Of a stretch of DNA of 64,000 nucleotides, positions 11,831-25,294 are shown in pieces. Position numbers and translations under genes: made by a program. Source of the stretch: Chiloscyllium plagiosum (taxonomy: Eukaryota); the NCBI RefSeq assembly GCF_004010195.1, contig NC_057718.1, forward strand, positions 62,542,311 to 62,606,310, written 5' to 3'. Position 1 is the first letter of the stretch. Each line of letters opens with the position of its first letter. A model generated the notes under the pieces. That model did not search any database. It was not told where the DNA came from and worked only from the letters and a program-made list of their open reading frames with translations.

Positions 11831-13843
11831 TGCAGTTTTTGTGTCTAACCATAGTTCTGTATCCTTCTGTGATATATCTAAATACTCAAAATTGCTGTTT
11901 GTTAAATAAACAAACATTTTCTCAATACTTTCATTCTCTGGAGTCAGACTTGCTCTTTCACTTTGAAATGATTCCATGCACTTTTTAGTCTTTCACTTTA
12001 TTAGATGCTTTCAGAAGTTCTACTTCTAATATTAAGGCAGTTATTAATATTTTCTTGTTTCCCTTCTGATCTCTCTCTTTTCATCTCCCTGTTAACATTT
12101 TCATGAACTGAAAAAAGCAACTATAAAGTTGGTACCAATAGCATTCATTTTTATTTTAATCTCTATTTATCCATTGTATATTAAACCTCTATAAATCAAT
12201 GCCCTCCTTTTAACCTTATTTTATACATTTCTTTCTTGAAGGTAGCTTACTGATCTGATCTTTCAACCTTTTTGCTAACTTTTCTTCCTAATTAATTTGG
12301 ACCAAATCTATTCTCATCTTGATGAACTTTTCTTTCCCTGCCCATTATTTTTTTTTCTTCTTTCTTATCCTAACCATGTTGTGTTCACTGTTTCCCAACA
12401 TTTTCTAATATTTACAGATCAGTTATTTACCCATCAATATTTCTCAGAACAATGCTTTGCTTCATACTGGTCAATGAAACACTTTTGGATGCATTCTTTA
12501 AAAGTGGAATATGCTATGACTACATGTATGACTTTTATTCCATCATGTATTTGGTTAGTTAAAATTGCGTAATGTTGCTTTTTTTTTTCTGGCATATCCT
12601 TCTGTTTTACTCTTCAAAACAGCTTGATGGCCTGTAATGCTCACCTGGAATATATTATGTCTTCATTGCATCTATTATAACACAACCCTCTGGATATTCC
12701 TCTGTGATCACGCCGTGCTCGATTGTTCAGTAATCCTGCCACCCACCCTTTTGTGTCCTTCCTAATCCTCAGAAGGTGTTATAACCGTGCATATTAAGTT
12801 TCCAGAATTGTTCAAACTTATTTCTGTCTATGTTTTAGCTGTTATGTTACATCAATTTGCAACAAATAATATTCTAGCTGTCCAATTTAACTGTGAGTGC
12901 TTTATGAATTCATTTATATCCCTTTAATCATGACTCCATTATTTTTGACATTGATCCTTATTCTTTTTCCCAGTTTTCTCATTTTTCAGATCGTCTTACC
13001 TCTTCCGCAATGTTTTTGTCTCACTACCTTTTATCTTATGATATTTTGTCATTGTTTATTTCTGCTATACATTCTGATAGCTTTGTTAATTTCTCTCCTG
13101 CCCCTTACCAAGTCATTCCTCAACTCTTAATACATTACATTTAATTGATTCAATCACTTCTCAAGGATACTATGTATAGGCAAAATTAGTGATGTTCGGA
13201 TCCCATGAACAAATTGTCAAAACCTGCCATTTACTATACTTTAGGTAACTCATACACAATGTTGATGCAGCAACTAATAGTTCTATCCATATTTCTACTT
13301 TAAAAAGAAGCTTGGTAATTACTTTTATGTTTTAATTGACGGCACATAATTCACCAGTTTACCTAGCACGGCACAGTCCTTGTGAACTGCCTGTGAGTTT
13401 ACTACTTCCAGTAAAACAAACGTTTGGGATTATGACGAGATTTGCATCTCTTGTATCGGTTACTGTCACCACACTTAATTATTTCTGGAGACTAAATTTC
13501 CAAAAGGGCAATCAGTAATAATTCATCAGGAGCTTGACAGGAGACTACTATGTTCGTATACATAAGATAGTCAAATGTATTTCATTTTATTACTTTACCC
13601 ATGGCAGAAACATGGGCAACTGTTTGCAGCAGTAGGCATATTTTCAACAAACATTGCTGATCATTGAACAAAATGATAGTATGCTGGGGCAAATTGCTTA
13701 AAAGAGCAATATACTCTCGGATGTTTTCACATCATTCTGCATAAAGTAAATATTTATGAAAGGAGCTTGAATTTTTGAAAGTCAGAATGGTAAGGCATAC
13801 CATAATTTATTTAACAAACTGTCCTATGTTTTGTTTTTTCCAG

Positions 13844-13989
13844 GGTTGTAAAGTGCAGGATCATGTTGTCAAGTTACCCAGTCAGCTTCAAAATGGTAAA
13901 CTTACTTCAGGATCAGTCAGCCAAGTGTACTATGATGTCCTTCAGCACAAAGACGTTGTCTGTGTGCCATTCAGTAAAACAGAGGAGAG
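13844..13989 (+). CDS. SANBR: SANBR coding exon, 146 nt, phase 0-2
   Basis: ttttttccag acceptor, gtaact donor. GCKVQDHVVKLPSQLQNGKLTSGSVSQVYYDVLQHKDVVCVPFSKTEE matches recalled GCKVRDH...DVIVVPFSK and is in frame with the previous exon. Confidence 0.92.
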
Positions 13990-16087
13990 GTAACTTATAA
14001 AAAACGTAATCTCCAATTTGTACACTTAAACTTGGCATTTTTGTTTTATTTTTATACATTTTTAAAGTAATGAATTTTTGAATGCTGGTTCTTGTTTTGA
14101 AAAATTGGTTTTGAGGAAGAAGGAACAGGGGAGGTTCATGAGTCCTGACCAACAAGTCATTGGTGCATTTTGCTGTATGCTAACTTTTTAATTTTTTTGC
14201 TTATATACATATGCATTTATTAATGTTGCTGTCACATCTATATTTACATTTATCTAAATATATATTTATATAATTCTATATACATCCATATAAAGTGTAT
14301 ATTTATATTTTATAGATATGTGATTTATTTTATTATGTTTCTCGATATCAAAACAATTAAAATCGGTAGATCCTTGCATGAATTTACTACAATTCAGATG
14401 AAAATCAAAATGTCCAGAGATTTCAAAAATCTGAAAACCAGAATAAATAATTTCTACAGACCTAATTTTTAATATCTTATCCAAATTTAGTACTTAGTTG
14501 TGTTGTGTTGATAGTTTTGTTTTTATTCACACATTCATACTAACGATCAGACACATAGCTACAAAAATAGCAAAAATTTTAACTTTGCCGAAGGCTTATA
14601 CTTCATTGTAAAACAGCAAGTTAAATTATTTAACAAATTCTGTGATTTTGGAAAGAGCAAAGAGCCTTGCCATTGTTCCAGTTTTACTGGCAACGAGATG
14701 CAGTATCAAACTGAAAGCTTAATCAATGGACACGTATGGTGGTGACTGCAGCTGAATTCCTGGGAGACGTAAAAATAACTGAAAGCTTGCATTTGTCTAT
14801 TGCCTTTCAGAATGTCAGCACTACAGCTAAGGAAGTACTTGTGAATTGTCGTCTCTGGTATCATGTTGCAGAATTTTGCTGTTAGAATGAGAAGATATTT
14901 GGAGGGAATAGAGGATGGAGAGGTCTCTATGAACAACATTCATTACTCTGTTGAGGGAATGGGAAATATAGTTCATCTCAATGCCGTTTAGTTGGGCATT
15001 TCCTTTTACAAGATGCAGTTAAAATAGTTTGAGCGTATTCATGCAATACGATACTGATGACTGGTTGAAGCGTGCTTGATTGTGTCTACTAAATGTTAGC
15101 TCAAGATGGTGAGGAACACCATTGACGGAAAATGCCTCTGGAACTTTGTTCAGTTGCAGCAAATAGAATTACTAAAGAATAGTAACCAAGTAAGTAAAAG
15201 AAAAATAATAGACTTGTTGGTCAAAAGTGCAAGTGATGAACATCAGAAATATTATATTTTGTTATCTTCACTAAGGTCTCTGGTACATCATTATGTAAAG
15301 ATAATGGCTAGACGTTGTCATCAGAAATCGAAAAGAGATTAAAGAAAACAAAGAGTTTTGATATCAAGATGGTGGCAGAGTAGCAGGGTTGTGTGCAGGC
15401 TCTTGAGCTCGAGGCTCAACCGCTCCTACCTGCTTTCTTTCTTTTTACTTCTGTTTTTTTCCTTTTAATTTTTCTTTGTTTGATTTTCTTTTGCGACGGG
15501 TTAATCAATGGTATCGGCACAGCAGCTTCCCAGTGGTCGGAAGCAGCAGCAGATGCAAGTCCTCCCAGTGATTGGAAGCAGTGACGGCAGCAGGGGCAGC
15601 AAGGATATCCTTTCAGTGTTTGGGGCCGGCAGTAGTGGCAAAGCTCCTTCATTGATTGGAAGCAATGTTGGCAGGGGATGTTTCAAGATGACAGCACCAG
15701 CAAGGTGATATCTTGGCAAGGCAGTGATGGCTTGGCCTGGCAGTGGAGCTAGGAATTTCTGATTGCAATTGCAAGGACTTTTGGCATTATCAAAGCAGCA
15801 GCAGAACCAGGGACTCCTGGTTTTGAGGCGAGTGTGGGTTCAGCACAGGACCTGGCCTCAGCAGCAAGGTGGGCCCAGTGACAATAAGATGGCACCTAAA
15901 GAGTACGACTCCTACAATGGTGGGTATGCCACAGGCAGCAGCGAGGCAGTGTCATTGGTGAGCTGACTCAGGGCTCATGGCGGAGGGGGCAGGCCGAAAA
16001 TAGACTCTGTTTCAGTTATATCTTTTATTCTTAAACTATTCAAAATGGTGCTGGATTGTTGAAGCTTTTCACTGTATTTTGCTGTAT

Positions 16088-16882
16088 TAGAGTTATAGAG
16101 ATGTACACCATGGAAACAGACCCTTCAATCCAACCCGTCCATGCCGATTAGATATCCCAACCCAGTTTAGTCCCACCTGCCAGCACCCAGCCCATATCCC
16201 TCCAAACCCTTTCTATTCATATACCCATCCAAATGCCTCTTAAATGTTGCGGCAACATCCTTGTAAATCTTTTCTGAACCCTTTCAAGTTTCACAACATC
16301 TTTCCGATAGGAAGGAGACCAGAATTGCATGCAATATTCCAACAGTGGCCTAACCAATGTCCTGTACAGCCGCAACATGACCTCCCAACTCCTGTACTCA
16401 ATACTCTGACCAATAAAGGAAAGCATACCAAACGCCTTCATCACTATCCTATCTACCTTCGACTCCACTTTCAAGGAGCCATGAACCTGCACTCCAAGGT
16501 CTCTTTGTTCAGAACAGTCCCTAGGACCTTACCATTAAGTGTATAAGTCCTGCTAAGATTTGCTTTCCCAAAATGCAGCACCTCGCATTTAGCTGAATTA
16601 AACTCCATCTGCCACTTCTCAGCCCATTGGCCCATTTGGTCAAGATCCTGTTGTAATCTGAGGTAACCCTTTTCGCTGTCCACTACACCTCCAATTTTGC
16701 AAACTTACTAACTGTACCTCTTATGCTCGCATCCAAATTGACAAAAAGTAGAGGGCCCAGCACCGATCCTTGTGGCACTCCACTGGTCACAGGCCTCCAG
16801 TCTGAAAAACAACCCTCCACCACCACCCTCTGTCTTCTACCATTGAGCCAGTTCTGTATCCAAATGGCTAGTTCTCCCTGTA
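16088..16882 (-). mobile_element. CR1-type LINE 3' part with internal deletions
   Basis: [37 protein letters not shown] on the minus strand. Confidence 0.92.
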
Positions 16883-16965
16883 TTGTACAATGCAAGTGAC
16901 TGCAAGTGTCTGCAGACCTCACTTTCTCCCCAATGCAAGTGACAATAAATCATTCAATTCAATTC

Positions 16966-17315
16966 AAGAACTTGCACTTTTACAGCAGCTTTTACAATCT
17001 CGAGATATTCCAAAGTACTTTACAGACTATGAAGTGTGTGATCATTGTTGTAATATAGGAGATGCAGCAGTCAATTTGTGCATAGCAAGGTCCATATACA
17101 GTATTAAAATAGAACATGCCATCCATATTCAGTTGATGGTTGAAGAGCAAATACCTGATGGATGCTGATAGATTTTTTTTTAGAACTCCCTAAATTGGTG
17201 CATGGGACCTCAATTTAATGCCTCACGTAAAGGTACTGCATTGAAGTGGCAACCTAGTTTATGGGATTTCAACTGTCCAGCTTCTGATTCTAAGACAAAA
17301 GAGCTACCACTGTGA
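16966..17315 (-). mobile_element. Old Deu-domain SINE (SacSINE1/AmnSINE-like)
   Basis: gaagtgtgtgatcattgttgtaatataggagatgcagcagtcaatttgtgcatagcaag resembles the recalled Deu core; degenerate tRNA-like head near 17270-17315. Confidence 0.55.
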
Positions 17316-17424
17316 CAGGGTTGTACCAATTGTTAATTGATAATTATGTTGTTCTTTCCATCATCAGTGGCAATAGCAAGATCCTTTCAGTGTTGCCTAC
17401 AGGATAATGAGGAAATGTTTAAGG

Positions 17425-19530
17425 CCATAAGAAATAGGAACAGGTGTAGGCAATTCAGCCCCTCGAGTCTGCTCTGCCATTCAGTAGGATCATGGCTCAT
17501 TTGACATTCCTCCCATCTGCTTTCCTGCCTTCTCCCACTAATCCTTGATTCCCCAACTGATTAAAAATCTACCTATCTCAGCCTTAAATATACACAATGA
17601 CTCTGCCCGTGCAGTTCTCTATGGCCAGGAGTTTCAAAGATTTCACAATCCTCTGAGAGAAGAAATTCCTTTGTATCTCAGTCTTCAATTGGCATTTCTT
17701 TATTCTGGGACTATGTCCTCTGGTCCGAGATTCTCCGGGGGGGGACATCTTCTCAACATTTATACAGTCAAGCCCTGTAAGAATCCTAAATGTTCCAATA
17801 AGATCACCTCTCACTCTTCTAAACTCCAGTGAGTAGCGTCCTAACCTGAAAAACGTTTGCTCATAAGACATTCCTCCATACTGGGGATCAGTGAACCTTC
17901 TCTGAACTGCCTCCAATGAAACAATATCTTTCCTTAAATATAAGAACCAAACTGCTCTCAGTACTCAAAATGTGATCTCACCAGTACATGTAGAACTGCA
18001 GTAAGACATCCCTGCTCTATGCTCCAACCCTTTCTTAAATAAGGACCAACTTCCATTAGCCTTCTTGATTACCTGTTGCACCTGTGTACTAGCTTTTTTG
18101 TGTTTTGTGCACAAGTACCCTCAAGTCCGTCCATGTTACAGCTTTCTGCATTTTTTCTCCACTTAAATAATACTCTGTTCTTTTATTCTCCTTCCCAAAA
18201 TGAACAACTTCACATTTTCCCACATTGTATGCTATTTTCCAACTTTTTACCTACTTAATAAACCTATCAGTATCTCTCTGTAAACCTTATTCCCCTTGCA
18301 ACTTGCTTTTCCACTTACTTACTTTTGTGTCATCTGCAAACTTCACTATGTGCATTTGATTCCTTCCTCCAAGATATTAATATATATTGTAAACAGTTCC
18401 AATCCCAGCACTGATCACTGTGGAATCCCACTAGTTAAAGTTTGCCAACTTGAAAAAGAACCCCTTATCCCTACTCAGTTTCTTGCTCATAAGCCAATTC
18501 TATATCCGTGACAACATACTACCTCCAGTGCCATGGGCTGTTACCTTTTGACTTAACCTTATGTGAAGAACCTTGTCGAGCAATTCAGAAATCTAATTGC
18601 AACACACTTACTGGTTGCATTGTATCTGTTCTAGTTGAGATTGAACTGGAAAATGTCTAATAAACACTCCTTTCATGAAGCCATGCTGACTCAGCTTGGT
18701 TAGATTATGATTATCCATGTACTGTCTAATCGATCTATAGTTACCCGCTTTTTGCTCCCCTCCTTTTTTGAATAGGGGTGCCATAATTGCAGTTTTCCAA
18801 TCCCCCAGTACTTCTCTGGAATCCATGGATTTTTGGAAAATTATGAACAACATATCAGTACCTCTGTAACTGCTTCTTTTTAGAATTCTTGGATGCAAGC
18901 CATCATGGCCAGGGGATATATCTGCTTTTAGCCCATAAGTTTGTTTAATACTACTACTTAGTGATGATACTTAATTTAATCCCTATGTTCTTTAGTATTA
19001 ATAGAATGTTCAAAGTAGGTTCCACTATAAAGACTGTTGCAAAATATTTGTTTATTTGTTTCCTCTGCTATTTCCTTGTTCCTCATAACTATCTCATCAG
19101 ATTCATTTTCTAAGGTGCCTATATTCTCTTTAACCTCTGTTTTTCTTTAACCTCTGTTTTTCTTTTTATGTTGAGAGTTTTATGTTCCTCACTAGTTGCC
19201 CTCATAGTTTATTTTCTTTACCTTTATTATCTGCTTAGTCCATCTTTGCTGGATTCTGAATTTATCCCAGTTTTCAGGGCTATCACTAGCTTGTGCCTGT
19301 TTTTATGCTTTTGTTAAACATTATACTCTCATGAACCTCCTTGGTTAGCCAGGGTTGATTTATCTCTCTCTTAGGATCTTACCTCGTCACTAGGATTTAT
19401 TGTTGCAGAGGGTCATAAATGACTCCCTTAAATGTCTGTCACTGTTTGCTAATTCTACTTCCTGGTAATCTATCTGCTCAGTCTACTTTAACTAACCCTA
19501 TCATTATAATGCCCTTTGTTTAAGTTAAAT
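17425..19530 (-). mobile_element. Decayed CR1-type LINE
   Basis: EAVQRRFT, YSLEFRRVRGDL, DWKTA..PLFKKG, SQHGFMKG. Confidence 0.85.
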
Positions 19531-19689
19531 TTAACTTTGTGTGAATGGTGGAAGAAATGAGGAAAGAGTAAAATGAGAAGAAAGTCAGGTGGATGAGTGC
19601 AGAAAAAGATTCACTGAAAACATGTGGAGGAAGCTAATCAGGAAACAGCAAATGACATTTAAAGTTCACAGAGGGAGTTCATAGGGCCA

Positions 19690-20160
19690 GAGAGGAATGC
19701 AGCGAGGGTTCATCAGACTTGGTCCCAGGATAATGGGACTGTCCTATGAAGAGAGATTGCACAAATTGGACCTGTATTCTCTCAAGTCTCAAAGAATGAG
19801 AGTGATCACATTGAAACTTACAACATGTTTAAAAGGATAGATAGGATAGATGCAGATAAAATGCATACCATAGTTGTGGAGTCGATACCTAAGACACGCA
19901 ATTTAAAAATAAGAAGGATGTCACTTGCCTCTGAGATGAGATTTTTTTTAACTCAAAGGTTGTGAAGCTTTGGCTTTTTAAACCACAGAAAGCTGTGTTT
20001 TGAGTATGCTTTAGGTAGAGATTGATAGATTTTTGATTACCTTTGGGTTATGGGAATGGGCTGGGAAAAAGGTATTGAAGTGTTTAATTAGCCACGATCC
20101 TATTGAATGGCCGGGTAAGCTCAATGGGCCGAAAACCTACAGCTGTTCATGTGTTCCTAT
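19690..20160 (+). mobile_element. Old CR1-type LINE 3' end
   Basis: LSYEERL..L.LYSL motif plus a 3' UTR. Confidence 0.7.
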
Positions 20161-20556
20161 ATTTAGTCATGGTGCCCCAGACTAATATGTGTGGGTAGTA
20201 GAACATAACTTCTGATTCGCTTTGGTGGAGGAAGTAAGGAAACAATGTCATCTTTGTACTTTGTGTATGCAGATTTAGTTTTGATTGGGGGTCAGCAGAT
20301 AAATAGTGAGATTTCTTTGTTTCCAATGGTAGCAGCATTTTTAGTCAGTGAAAGATGCTGACTTTTTTTATTCTTTCACTGGAACATGTGTGTCACTGAC
20401 TACACCAGTATATATTGGCATATTTTTAATGGCCCTTAAAACAGTGAGCTGACTTTTTAAACTGCTAGTCTATGTGTTGAAGCTATACCCACAGAACTAT
20501 TTCAAAGGGAGTTCTTGGATTTTGACCCAGTGACAGTGAACGAATGGTTTCAGATC

Positions 20557-20905
20557 CTATTCATATACCCATCCAGATGCCTTTTAAGTGTTGTAATTGT
20601 ACCAGCCTCCACCACTTCCATACATGTACCCTTAGATCTCTTTTAAATCTTTCCCCTCTCACCCTAATCCTATGCCCTCTAGTTCTGGACTCCCCCATCC
20701 CAGGGGAAAGACATTGTCTATTTACCCTATCCATGCCCCTCATCATTTTATAAACTTCCATAAAGTCACCTCTCAGCCTTCAACGCTCCAGGGAAAACAG
20801 CCCCAGCCTATTCAGCCTCTCCCTTTGACTCTAACTCTCCAACCCTGGCAATATCCTTGTAAATCTTTTCTGAACTCTTTCAGGTTTCACAACATCCTTC
20901 CTATA
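20557..20905 (-). mobile_element. CR1-type LINE 3' fragment
   Basis: VVKPERVQKRFTRILPGLE, SRTRGHR. Confidence 0.85.
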
Positions 20906-20929
20906 GTTTTCTATGTTTCTATTTATGTA

Positions 20930-21061
20930 ACCCTGATGAAGGGCTTTTGCCTGAAACATTGATTTTCCTGCTCTTCGGATGCTGCCTGACCTGCTGTGCT
21001 TTTCCAGCATCACTCTAATTTTGACTCTGATTTCCAGCATCTGCAGTCCTCACTTTCACCT
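20930..21061 (+). mobile_element. PLE terminal-repeat monomer with hammerhead motif at 20933-20960
   Basis: CTGATGA-A-GGGC-TTTT-GCCT-GAAACATT, followed by the common tail ending ctgcagtcctcactttc. Confidence 0.85.
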
Positions 21062-22258
21062 AATGCTGAGAAGTGCCTACAGTGCAATCCATTACGATGA
21101 TGTCACACAGCCTTGGTAGGAAACCATCTTAATACCAGCCAAGGCTTCCTCATAGCCACTGTAGCAGGCTATCTCATATGCCAGATTACTCATCTTTTTA
21201 TGACTTACGTGAAGATTCATCTTATAATATGGTAGTCAAAGGTGTGGACTTAATTTAGCTACCTCTTGCGTGCTAGTAAGGCGAATATCTAAAGGACACA
21301 ACTTTAAGAAGGTTGCTCATACAGACAGGATCAGGCCTCAGTAGACTGGGAAAGGATTTGGCTACAGTGGACTGGGAACAGCTCCTTGTAGCTAAGTTTA
21401 CAATGCAGTAATGGGATGGGGGTGGAGGCATCGTGCATTCAAAAACTAGCTGGTGAGAGTATGGGTCTAACATGTACTCGTTAGAGGGAAATATAGGAGC
21501 AATAAGTTCAGAGAATCCTAGAAGCCCAGGGCAATTCAAGACTGGATGAGGAAGAGGAGCAGGGCTTTCAGCAAGTACAAACGGAGCAGTTTAGTTGCAG
21601 CTATAGAGGAATATAGGAAGTGCAGGAAGGAATTTAAGGAAGTCATTACAAGAGCAAAAAGGGGGCATGACAAAGTACTTGCGAATAGGATTAGGGAGAA
21701 TCCTAAGTTATTAAAAACATGTTAAAGGGAAGAGGTTAACTGGAGAAAGAGTAGGGCCCATTAGGAACCAAGGAGGCAACCTGTGTATTAAGCTGCAGAA
21801 TATTGGAAGGATTTTGAATGAATATTTCTGTTCGGTCTTCATTCTGGAAGAGGAAAATGTAATTAAGGAATTCAGGAAGAGATTGAAGAACTTCTACAGT
21901 TTGACATACGAAATTGTGACATATTGGGGGTTCTGTCAGACTAAAAATGGACAAATCCTCTTGCTTGGATGATTTCCATCTCAAGCTGCTGCCAAAGGAG
22001 AGGCAGGAAATTGCTGGGGCGTTGACACTGCTTTTTAATTCCTCTCTGGCCACAGAGGAACTGCCAGAGGATTGGAGGGCTGCTAATGTTGTTCCACCTT
22101 TTAAGAGGGCTAGTAGAGGTCAACCAGGAAATCACAGACCAGTGAGTCTCACCATAGTGGTAGGGAAACTATTGGAGAAAACTTTGAAGGAGGAAACTAA
22201 TGCCCACTTGGGAGGCATAGCTTAGTTAAGGATAGTCAGCATGGCTTTGTCAGAGAAA

Positions 22259-23366
22259 GAGTCGAAGAGTGTGGTGCTGGAAAAGCATAGCTGGTCAGGC
22301 AACATTCAAGGAGCAGGAGAATCGACATTTCGAGCATAAGCAAATCTTAGCAAGACTTATACACTTAATGGTAAGGTCCTCAAGAGTGTTGCTGAACAAA
22401 GAGACCTTGGAGTGCAAGTTCATAGCTCCCTGAAAGTGGAGTCGCAGGTAGATAGGGTAGTGAAGAAGGCGTTTGGTATGCTTTCTTTTATTGGTTAGAG
22501 TATTGAGTACAGGAGTTGGGACATCATGTTGTAGCTGTACAGGACATTTGTTAGGCCACTGTTGGAATATTGTGTGCATTTCTGGTCTCCTTCCTATCGG
22601 AAAGGTGTTGTAAAACTTGAAAGAGTTCAGAAAAGATTTACAAGGATGTTGCCAGGGTTGGAGGATTTGAGCTATGGGGAGAGGCTGAACAGGCTGGGAC
22701 TGTTTACCCTGGAGCGTCAGAGGCTGAGGGGTGACCTTATAATTTTGTAAACCGGCATGGATAGGGTAAATAGGCAAAGTCTTTTCCCTGGGATGGGGGA
22801 GTCCAGAACTAGAGGACATAGGTTTAGGGTGAGAGGGGAAAGATATAAAAGAGACCTAAGGGGACAACTTTTTCACGCAGAGGGCGGTACGTGTATGGAA
22901 TGAGCTGCCAGAGGAAGTGGTGGAGGCTGGTACAATTGCATCATTTAAAAGGCATTTAGATGGGTATATGAATAGGAAGGGTTTGGAGGAATATGGACTG
23001 GGTGCTGGCAGGTGGGACTAGATTGGGTTGGGATATCTAGTCGGCATGGACGGGTTGGACTGAAGGGTCTGTTTCCATGCTGTACATCTCTGACTCTATA
23101 AGCTCTTCATCAGGAATGAGGGGGTGGCCCAAGGGGGCTGCGAGATAAGTGGGATGGGGGTGGTGTTGAGGTGAAGGTAGCTGAGAATGTGATAGGTAGA
23201 TGAAGTTGTGGATGAAGATGATACATCGGAGAGGTGGATGGAGCGGATAGGTGGGCAGGAAGATGGACAAGTACAATAGTTCAAGAGGGCAGTGCCAAGT
23301 TTGAAGGTTGGGTCTGGGATAAGGTGGGGGGAGGGGAAATGAGGAAATTGGTGAAATCGGCATTGA
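22259..23366 (-). mobile_element. PLE 3' end split by a younger CR1
   Basis: 22259-22342 and 23097-23366 rejoin at ataagc to give a terminal repeat like 4715-5040. Confidence 0.85.
22343..23096 (+). mobile_element. Young CR1-type LINE, 5'-truncated
   Basis: Nearly intact C-terminal ORF2 and 3' UTR ending ctctgactct; ataagc on both sides. Confidence 0.92.
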
Positions 23367-23444
23367 TTTAAACAATATAGATGAAAATGTGGGAGGAATG
23401 TTCAGCAAATATGCAGGCAACACTAGATTGGTCAGAAAGGATGT

Positions 23445-23880
23445 GCAAGAATGTGCCGGGGTGAAGGATTTGAGCTATAGAGAGAGGCTGAATAGGCTGG
23501 GACTATTTTCCCTGAGCATCAGAGGCTGAGGGATAGCCTTATAGAGGATTATACAATCATGAGGCACGGATAGGGTAAATAGACAAGGTCTTCTCCCTGG
23601 GATGGGGGAGTCCAGAACTATAGGGCATAGGTTTAGGGTGAGAGGGGAAAGATTTAGAAGAGGCCTAAAGGGTAATGTTTTTACGTAGAGGATGGTACAT
23701 CAATGGAATGAGCTGCCAGAAGAAATGCTACAACATTTAAAAGACATTTGGATGGGTACATCAATAGGAAGGCTGAGAGGGATAGGCAAATGGGACTAGA
23801 TTAATTTAGGCTATCTGGTGGACACAAATGAGTTGAACTGAAGGATATGTTTCAGTTGTGCTGTACACCTCTATGACTCG
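23445..23880 (+). mobile_element. CR1-type LINE 3' fragment
   Basis: Homologous to 22640-23096. Confidence 0.85.
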
Positions 23881-24092
23881 AAGTGGTTATTAGAGAAGAA
23901 GATGATTATAGGTTACAGGAAGATATAGGTGGGTGGTCAGATGGGGCAGACCAGTGGCAGATAATATATAACCCTGATAAGTGCAAGGTGATGCACTTTG
24001 GAAGAAGAAACAAGCTGCAGGAGCATTTAATGAATGGCAGGACACTGGGTAGCTTAGAGGAAGAGAGGGATCTTGGGGTATTTATTAACAGA

Positions 24093-24284
24093 GCTGAAAA
24101 TGTGTTGCTGGAAAAGCGCAGCAGGTGAGGCAGCATCCAAGGAGCAGGAGAATCGACGTTTCGGGCATGAGCCCTTCTTCAGGACGTCGATTCTCCTGCT
24201 CCTTGGATGCTGCCTCACCTGCTGCGCTTTTTCAGCAACACATTTTCAGCTCTAATCTCCAGCATCTGCATCCTCACTTTCTCC
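24093..24284. mobile_element. Palindromic PLE-derived short element with 14-bp target duplication
   Basis: Inverted arms; tatttattaacaga at 24079-24092 and 24285-24298. Confidence 0.92.
24155..24182 (-). ncRNA. Minimal hammerhead ribozyme motif, intact core
   Basis: Reverse strand CTGAAGA-A-GGGC-TCAT-GCCC-GAAA-CGTC. Confidence 0.78.
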
Positions 24285-25294
24285 TATTTATTAACAGATC
24301 CCTGTAGTCGGCAGAGCACATGAATAAGAAGGTTAAGGCATATGGGACACTTGCTTTCAGCTGTCCGGCATACAGTATAAGAGAAATTAGATAATATTTA
24401 ACTTGTACAGAGTGTTGGTCAAGCCACAACTGGATTACTATGTGCAGTTCTGGTCACCTCACTACAGAAAAGATGTGATACTACTAGAAGGGGGTGCAGA
24501 GGAGGTTCACCAGGACGTTGCATGGAATGGAGAAATTGAGCTATAAAGAGAGACTAGATAGGCATGGATTGTTTTCTTTAGAGCAGGGAAGACTACGGCA
24601 GTGGGGATGGTCATGATTGAGGTATATAAGATTGAGAGATTTGGTCAAGGTGAATAAAGAACAGCTGATGTCCTTGGTTGACGGGTCAGTCATGAGAAGG
24701 CATAGTTTTAGGGTAAGTGGCAGGAGATTTAGAGGGAATTTAGGAAAATATGTTTTCACTCAGTGAATGGTGGGAATCTGGAATGCACTAACTGGGAATG
24801 TAGTGGAGGCTGGAAACTTTACAACCTTTATAATATTTGAAGTACTCATCCAAATATCCTTTTAATCAAGGATATGGGACCAGTGCAGGAAATTGGGATG
24901 ATTGCACTTTCAGTGGTACTTATGTCTACAGACTCGATGGTCCAAAGGCCCTTTTCTGCGCTGTGTCAATCTTCGACAGTCAGTGGCTGGAAAAGCTGAA
25001 TATTTGGGAACCCTACTGAAGAGCACTGGTGTTATGATTCAACAAGATAGAATCCACAGTTGATGGTAAATGCATTTCAAACCAGTAATAGAAGAACAGC
25101 AGCAAGGATGAGCTAGGAATTTCAAGGAGCTGGAGGATTGGTCAATCCAAGGCAGTTACAGATTACTTTGCGTGCTGATGATCTGTAGGACCAGTCCCAA
25201 ATAAGATTTAGCTGGAGAGCAAATGGGTATCCAAGGTTGTGAGAGTAATTTTAAATCCCAGTTGAGCAAGGAGAACTTTTTTGAAAAAAACGAA

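Larger units (their letters stand above)
21290..24980 (+). mobile_element. Old CR1-type LINE hosting several nested insertions
   Basis: DWRAANVVP.FK, RPVSLT.VVGKLLE, SQHGF (to 22258); resumes at 23367 and 23881 (RLQEDI, NPDKCKVMHFG). Confidence 0.8.

Noticed and set aside
14811..14844. Poison or alternative terminal exon after the ctttcag acceptor (in-frame stop after 11 codons)
   Set aside because: Only an acceptor-like motif; no homology or clear donor, so it cannot be supported without RNA data.
15360..16085. GC-richer block with gcagca repeats and several overlapping ORFs
   Set aside because: No recognisable protein; its end (aagcttttcactgt) resembles the LINE tail at 40540, so it is probably an unclassified repeat.
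19128..19166. Short tandem duplication tttaacctctgtttttc x2
   Set aside because: Ordinary slippage inside a decayed LINE.
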